Assembly (NCBI GenBank): GCA_030141605.1
Contig: JAQGDQ010000620.1
Location: 84,223 to 126,335 of the forward strand
Source: Tubiluchus corallicola
Taxonomy: Eukaryota; Animalia; Priapulida
Reading direction: 5' to 3'
Length of the DNA: 42,113 bases
Part shown: positions 35,741 to 42,113 of the stretch, piece by piece
How the letters are laid out: every line of letters starts with the position of its first letter
Numbering within the stretch: position 1 is the stretch's first letter
Notes under the pieces: model-generated
Told to the model about the DNA's origin: nothing
Databases searched by the model: none
The model's input: only the letters and a program-made list of their open reading frames with translations
Program-made: the position numbers and the translations under genes

Positions 35741-35880
35741 AGCTTGAGGGGGGCAATGATCTCCCTCCTGGCACCTATAACAATGCAAAACACCGAATTA
35801 TAATAACCTTTAGTAAAAAAAAACAGGACGAGCCAAAGGTTTGCATTTTCACTGAACAAACATCAGATACTTTCATAATA

Positions 35881-36469
35881 CGGTCTAACCTCGTTATCTC
35901 GCCACTGTCCGTCTAGGGCAAATTTTTGGCGAGAGGCGAGTATGGCGAGATAACGGGAATATAACGAAGTTAGTCTATATGTATATACATAATAGTTGAT
36001 TTAGTAACATAAAACAGTTTTCGCTTCAGAGACATCATGTAAAGTTGCTCACACTTTGTGAAAACTCAAACTTAAATGCAGCTTTGGTGTTATAGAATAA
36101 GGATATCGGTGACGCTTTAATTTCTCTGCGCATTAACCAACCACAGCACTCCTAATCTAATCCTGGTGAGACACACACTAGATTAATTATGTCTGTCTAT
36201 CGAGTACAGCAGCATTGTCTACATGCCGCGGTTATATTGATCGACACGCGGTATATGTATTGATCGATTCACCTCTGAGTTTGTCTGTTTGGCGACATAA
36301 CGAATATAGTTTACATAAGCACTCATCCTAGCATGACGTGGCGAGGGCGAGAAGCAAGGGTGGCGACTTAACGAGGTAAATATCAAAGCAGGAAATCCGT
36401 CCTGGTACTTTCTTTGGCGAGAGACGAGTTTGGCCACATAACGAGGGGCGAGATAACGAGGTTAGACTG
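35881..36469. mobile_element. Tc1/mariner (pogo/Tigger-like) MITE
   Basis: TA target duplication; 23-bp TIR C(G/A)GTCTAACCTCGTTATCTCGCC with one mismatch. Confidence 0.88.
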
Positions 36470-36968
36470 TACTTTTTTAATATTTCAGAAATTCAAAAAA
36501 AATAATGGCGACTGTTTATGTTTTCCTTTTGCAAACATGTCTGTAACTTTGCTAGTATACTGAGAAGCAGATACATGTAAAAAAGACTTATGAGGTTTAA
36601 TGAACTAAAATTGATAGCAGGCACTATTATAATCTTACAGTTATTAAAATTTAAATGCATTTTGTTGTACAAGAAACACTTTAATTGCAGCCAGTGAAAA
36701 GTGATAGGCCTAATGCAAGTTTTGAATATTGAAATCTTAAATTTTAAAATGTTAAAACTGAGTTATTTGATCTGAAAAAATCTGCTTTTGCCCTGAAAAA
36801 TAGAATTCATTTCCCCTGGGAAGGCAACCACTCCCCCTGACTCTCCGCCTCGTACATCCCTTATTGTTAACTTACTGCTCTCGGCCGTGTTTCCACACGA
36901 GGAGCGCACAATTCCAGTTTAGGTGGTATCTGCACACACTTTTGCCTGAAAATTTCTTTAATTTAGTT

Positions 36969-37402
36969 CAGGGGTGTGCAAATTATCTGACTAGCCGGGC
37001 CACATTAAACATTCCCGCAATTCCTGTGGGCCACATGCAGTTTGGTCGAGGAGCCAAGTACAGTAGGACCTAATAATGATTTTTTTTACATCCGATTTGC
37101 GCACATCATTACTACTGCACTACTACACTCATGAAACTATTTTAGAAGTTATTAAAATTTATATTAAAAACCATATATTTCGTCATGTCCGACAGTCACA
37201 TTAAGTGACAACGGTCTTGTAAGGGTTAATGCCATCCGATCTAGAGGAAAAAACTACCCGCACTATCTTTGCGATATTGGCGCAGACTTCAGCTGGATCG
37301 CGTGGGCCGCACTTTCATTACGTTGACAAACCTCTTCGCGGGCCGCACAAGATCTCTCAGCGGGCCGCAAGTGGCCCGCAGGCCGCAGTTTGCACACCCC
37401 TG
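36969..37402. mobile_element. hAT (Charlie-like) MITE
   Basis: TIR CAGGGGTGTGCAAA / TTTGCACACCCCTG; perfect 8-bp TSD ATTTAGTT; GGGCCGC subterminal repeats. Confidence 0.92.
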
Positions 37403-37787
37403 ATTTAGTTGTTGACTCACAAACTAGAAGGCATAGTTTAACGGTGATTGCCACATCAACCCTAGTAAAGTTTAAACTTTAACTGACAGCTATTTTGTTG
37501 AATGTTTCTATGAGTGTTTCTGTGAGTGTGCTCGCTTAACCCCTAATCAAGACAGCATAACAGTGTATTATCAGCAATAAAACCCTCGTTTAAGAGATTA
37601 CACTCTAGCTAATGTTGTGCATGTGAGGTTTGACCATTTTCGAAATTAACTTTTTTAACAGGTTTGTCCTTTTCATGCTCCTGACTGATAATGTCTTGGT
37701 CAATTGATGGCAGTCTTTGACAATAATTATCGTATCTGTTAAACTTCCAAGTATGCAATCTTGCACGATGCTCTAGTTTTCCTTCAA

Positions 37788-38331
37788 AGGAAAACCGGAT
37801 GATTGTGTAAACACGAGTTCAGAATAAAGAATGCTCTAAAATATTGAAAACTACAATAGCTTATTTTAAATCAAAGCTTAGATTAAATAATAATTACCTC
37901 GGATACTCAAATTTTGTTAAACTTTCAAAGCTACGCGCGGCTCAGTGAATCTACTAAGATTGGCGGCGGCGCCTTTTTGTCACGTGCGCGTGGCCGACAA
38001 ATGGAAGGCGGTACCGTGATAAGCATGATCATGAACTGCAGTGTTAGTTTCATGATGTCATATGACGTAGACCCCAATATTTGTGACATCATGCGTTCAA
38101 ACAGTACTGTAACACTTACGCAAATGTGCTTGATGCGCAATGGAAGGCACCTGCCATTGCACAAACTGTGGCTACTTTCTGACGTAAACAATAGCTGTGT
38201 TCGGTTGCCATTAATTAACTTTCTAAGCTAATTATTCAAATACAAGGAACAATTGTTAACTTTTATAGGCAAGAAAATGTATATTTTGGACAGTAAATTA
38301 AAATGAGTCTAAGCAATCGTACGGTCTTCCT
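37788..38331. mobile_element. Kolobok-like MITE
   Basis: TCAA|AGGAAAACCGGATGATTG ... CAATCGTACGGTCTTCCT|TTAA. Confidence 0.7.
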
Positions 38332-38373
38332 TTAACAAAAATTTGCTGAACTAGAGTAGCTATGTGGGCTTAA

Positions 38374-38862
38374 AGTTCAAGAAAACCTTCCGCTTACATA
38401 AAGCTTAAGAAATTCATATTGAAATTTTATATCACTTACACACTGTTTTTTGCATGCAGGGCTTGCCTCTGCGGTAACGCTGTATAAAACTTGTAAATTT
38501 AAACTCCTGTGATGGCTGTTAGACGCAGCCATTTTGAGGATAAGTCTTTTGAAAAAATTGTTATTTGTGGTTACATACGTGTTTCAAGCAGGTAAGCCAA
38601 ATGCTAAGTAATATAGATTGGCATGGAAAGTTGTTTGGGACATAATTGAACGTTTCCTTTTCTTCCGCTGATTTACGTTTGCGTATGGGATGTCTTATAA
38701 TGGCACTGTCGGAATTATATTGCAGGATATTTAAAATAAAAACAAACAAAAGTTCCTTTCAACACGAGTACGATATGTGCACAAAATTGCCGTAAAGTAA
38801 TGTAATTTTTAAAGCAATTTTTCTGAAAGCTACTTTAGGTACCCTACCCCTTTTCTTGTAGT
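38374..38862. mobile_element. Kolobok-like element family B, copy 2
   Basis: TTAA|AGTTCAAGAAAA ... TTTTCTTGTAGT|TTAA; homologous to 25206-25843. Confidence 0.6.
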
Positions 38863-38898
38863 TTAACAGAGTTTTCCTCAAAGTTTTACTTCTTGCAG

Positions 38899-38981
38899 AA
38901 AAAGAAGAAACCAGAGCAAGGTTTTAAACGTCCAGAAGGGATGCACCGTGAGGTTTGGGGTCTCCTCTACACAGACCCGAG
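38899..38981 (+). CDS. DMAP1: DMAP1 coding exon 2
   Basis: cttgcag|AAA...AG|gtaagt; KKKKPEQGFKRPEGMHREVWGLLYTDP(R). Confidence 0.96.
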
Positions 38982-39740
38982 GTAAGTTTAATTTATAACA
39001 ACAAGTTTCATATTGCTGATTCAAAGAAATTGTCAGACTAAACGCCATCATAACCGTAAGTGTTTGCTACATTTTGCATGGCTTCATGAAAAACTGCTCT
39101 CATTAAGCAGTGATTATATTATATTTGATAATTTTTGTAGGTTTCTACTTCTCACACAATGGATTTTCGTACAAAATTATATATGAAATGCATTTGCTTA
39201 CCTTAGACAAATTAAAAATCGATTTTTGACAAAAAAATGAAAAAGCCTTTCAGTAACCGAAGTGTAACAATGTACAGCACATTTGTGTGAAATCGGCTAA
39301 AATTTCAACTATCCTGTTAAATGATTGATCGGTTGGTTTCTCCTGGAACTCTGTACAGCAGACTGTTCACTTGAGTTGTAGCAAGCAGGCGATCAATAAA
39401 TTAGTGTGTACGATCACACAAGTGTACACTTTTTCTTCATTTTATCCAATCAAATCACTTATAAATATTTAAACAAATAGCATGATTGGATAGTCGAGAT
39501 ACTTCTGAATGGAACAGTACCTAATTTGTAATCATTTAGTTATGTCTGTGCTGATACAGTAACAGAAAAGGTCTTATAAGGCCTATTTTGAATGGTTAAT
39601 TTTCTTCTGTTGAATGTTACAGACTTCCGGAGCTTAAAGGTACACTTCTACATATCTAAAATTGTTTCGTTTTTTAGCTAGATTCGGCCAAGCGTGGCAT
39701 CGGCTTGCTTCTACTGATATTCTCTCTGCTTTTTTCACAG

Positions 39741-39861
39741 GGATGCTCCTGCTATGATGCAGAATGACACCAGTTTGGGTTACAAGTCGTTAAAGGCAAA
39801 AATAGGCCGAAGTAAAGTTAGACCTTGGAAGTGGATGCCGTTTACTAACCCCGCACGTAAA
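39741..39861 (+). CDS. DMAP1: DMAP1 coding exon 3
   Basis: ttcacag|G GAT...AAA|gttagt; DAPAMMQNDTSLGYKSLKAKIGRSKVRPWKWMPFTNPARK. Confidence 0.96.
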
Positions 39862-40337
39862 GTTAGTATAAACTTTTATTGATGTGCTATGCCTGGTACT
39901 GTTTACTAGTCCCACCTGGAAAGTTAGTATAAACTTTTATTGATGTGCTATGCCTGGTACTCTTTATTAATATAGCCTGGAAAGTATGTATAAACTTTGT
40001 TGATCTGCTGTGCCTGGTGCTGTTTATTAATCCTGCCCGGAAAGTATGTACAAACTTTTATTGATGTGCTATGCCTGGTGCTATTTATTAGTCCTGCCCA
40101 GAAAGTATGTATAAACTTTTATTGATGTGCTATGCCTGGTGCTATTTATTAGTCCTGCCCAGAAAGTATGTATAAACTTTGTTGATGTGCTGTGCCTGGT
40201 GCTGTTTATTAATCCCGCCCAGAAAGTATGTATAAATTTTTATTGATGTGCTATGACTGGTGCTGTTTACTAGTCCTGCCCGGAAAGTATGTGTAAACTT
40301 TTATTGATGTGCTATGCCTGATGCTGTTTATTAATCC
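39841..40337. repeat. 60/61-bp tandem repeat spanning the DMAP1 exon 3 donor, 8 units
   Basis: AAA|GTWWGT at 39862, 39923, 39984, 40044, 40105, 40166, 40226 and 40287. Confidence 0.93.
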
Positions 40338-40824
40338 CATACATAATGTAAAGTTTTTGTTTAAAAAGATATTGTTTAACGTAGAATTTTTTTTCTAGTT
40401 TTCCTATTAGTTTAATGTAATTCTTCGTTTGTATCCCGTAGAAAACTTTCGCTTTTTCTCTTAAGAAAGTAAACAGTTGAAACATCATTTTTATTTTTGT
40501 TTTTGTTCAAATATGATTTATTTTTGTCAGGAACCTAGCTTGCTAAATGCCATGCTGATGGTATAATGGGTTTACACTGTTTACAAAAGCAAATTCCATT
40601 GGACTTCGTTCAGTAATCTTAAAGTTTCACAGATGTCTGTTATAAATGAAATGTTAGTTGAAAAAACTTGTACTGCTGCACTAGTTTTCTAAGCACTTTC
40701 CTGTAGTGAATTATGTAAATGCATGGCGCCATCTGTTGACAAAAAAGTAAAGCACAGCGGATTTGTAATGTCTCGTTAAAAAGAACGAAATTGCAATTTT
40801 AAAAATTTCGTTTTCTGACTACAG

Positions 40825-40899
40825 GATGGCGCCATCTTCTATCACTGGAGAAGAGTTGCAGACGAAGGTAAAGATTATCCATTTGCAAGGTTTAACAAG
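40825..40899 (+). CDS. DMAP1: DMAP1 coding exon 4
   Basis: ctacag|GAT...AAG|gtgagt; DGAIFYHWRRVADEGKDYPFARFNK. Confidence 0.97.
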
Positions 40900-41104
40900 G
40901 TGAGTTAATTAAATGATTAATTAACACCTGCCTGGAATGAATACCTGCACACTTTGCAAAATAACTTTGTTTTTTCGTGTTACCTTAAGTATTTATTTTT
41001 ATGAATCTTGGTCACAGTTGTTCTATTACAATTTTACGATAATATAATTAGGATCATCATTATATTATTAGACATGATTAATAAGTAATAATTTTCTCGT
41101 TTAG

Positions 41105-41220
41105 CCTGTAGAGGTTCCATCGTACTCGGATTTAGAATACCAGATGCATCTTCATGATGACAACTGGACAATGGAAGAGACGGATCATCTCTTCAGTCTG
41201 TGCAGTAGATTTGACTTCAG
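41105..41220 (+). CDS. DMAP1: DMAP1 coding exon 5 (start of the SANT/Myb-like domain); gene continues past the window
   Basis: gtttag|CCT...AG|gtattc; PVEVPSYSDLEYQMHLHDDNWTMEETDHLFSLCSRFDF(R). Confidence 0.96.
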
Positions 41221-41529
41221 GTATTCTTCTTGGTGTTAAACATAAACCGGACGATTGTTTAGACTCAATCTCATTTTAGTTTACTGTCTAAAATATACAT
41301 TTTCTTGCCTATAAATGTTAGCAATTGTTTCTAATATTTGAATAATTAGCTTAGAAAGTTAATTAACGGCAAGCGAACACAGTTATCGCTTACGTCACAA
41401 ACCAACCACACTTTGTGCAATGGTAGGCATCTTCCCTGCACGTCAAGCATGTTTGCTTAAGCGTAGATTGCTATAAGATGGTGATGTGATGTCACGAAAA
41501 TGTGTTGTTCATCACGTTGGCATCACAGA

Positions 41530-42113
41530 CAAACACTGCAGTTAATGATCATTTTTATCACGGTACTGCTAGGATTTTTAAATACAATGTAGCAAGTTTT
41601 TCCTGCCTACATAGGAAAGTTGTGTTTAGTCTCAGAAGTATGCTGTTTTTGAATCAGAATACTGTTATTAATAACTTGCTGTACAATACTGATACAATTT
41701 TTAGATACAATGTGCCAAGTTTTTCATGCATACGTAAGAAAGCTGTGTTTAGTTTCAGAAGTAGGCTAGTTTTGAGTCAGAATACTGTTATTAATAACTT
41801 GCTGTACAATACTGATACAATTTTTAGGTACAATGTGCCAAGTTTTTCATGCATACGTAAGAAAGTTGTGTTTAGTTTCAGAAGTAGGCTGTTTTTGAGT
41901 TAGAATACTGTATTAATAACTTGCTGTACAATACTGATACAATTTTTAGGTACAATGTGCCAAGTTTTTCCTGCATACGTAGGAAAGTTGTGTTTAGTTT
42001 CAGAAGTAGGCTGTTTTTGAGTCAGAATACTGTTATTAATAACTTGCTGTACAATACTGATACAATTTTTAGATACAATGTGCCAAGTTTTTCATGCATA
42101 AGTAGGAAAGCTG
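41530..42113. repeat. 122/123-bp tandem repeat, at least 4.5 copies, runs off the right edge
   Basis: GATACAATTTTTAG at 41691, 41814, 41936 and 42059. Confidence 0.93.

Noticed and set aside
41502-41903. 133-aa ORF with 41-aa repeats
   Set aside because: Translation of the 123-bp intronic repeat; no similarity to the DMAP1 continuation beyond the first few bases

Overview
Repeat-rich, AT-rich genomic DNA from an invertebrate animal with spliceosomal GT-AG introns; nothing prokaryotic. I reconstructed three protein-coding genes by hand. (1) A minus-strand Patched-domain/sterol-sensing-domain (PTCHD3/NPC1-like) gene with 7 phase-consistent coding exons from 21718 to 375, continuing off the left edge. 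(2) A plus-strand 497-aa ORF without coding introns (29247-30740): a secreted, probably GPI-anchored cysteine-rich protein with a duplicated WAP / thyroglobulin type-1 / antistasin-like module. (3) The first five coding exons of DMAP1 (plus strand, 35139-41220), continuing off the right edge. Introns and intergenic DNA carry minisatellites, MITEs (piggyBac-, hAT-, Tc1/pogo-, Harbinger- and Kolobok-like), LINE remnants, and Penelope-like remnants with five minimal hammerhead ribozyme motifs. The most unusual pattern is that many tandem repeats begin at exon-intron junctions and copy the splice site together with a piece of the exon, creating arrays of decoy donors or acceptors. Almost all long ORFs in the supplied track are repeat artefacts.
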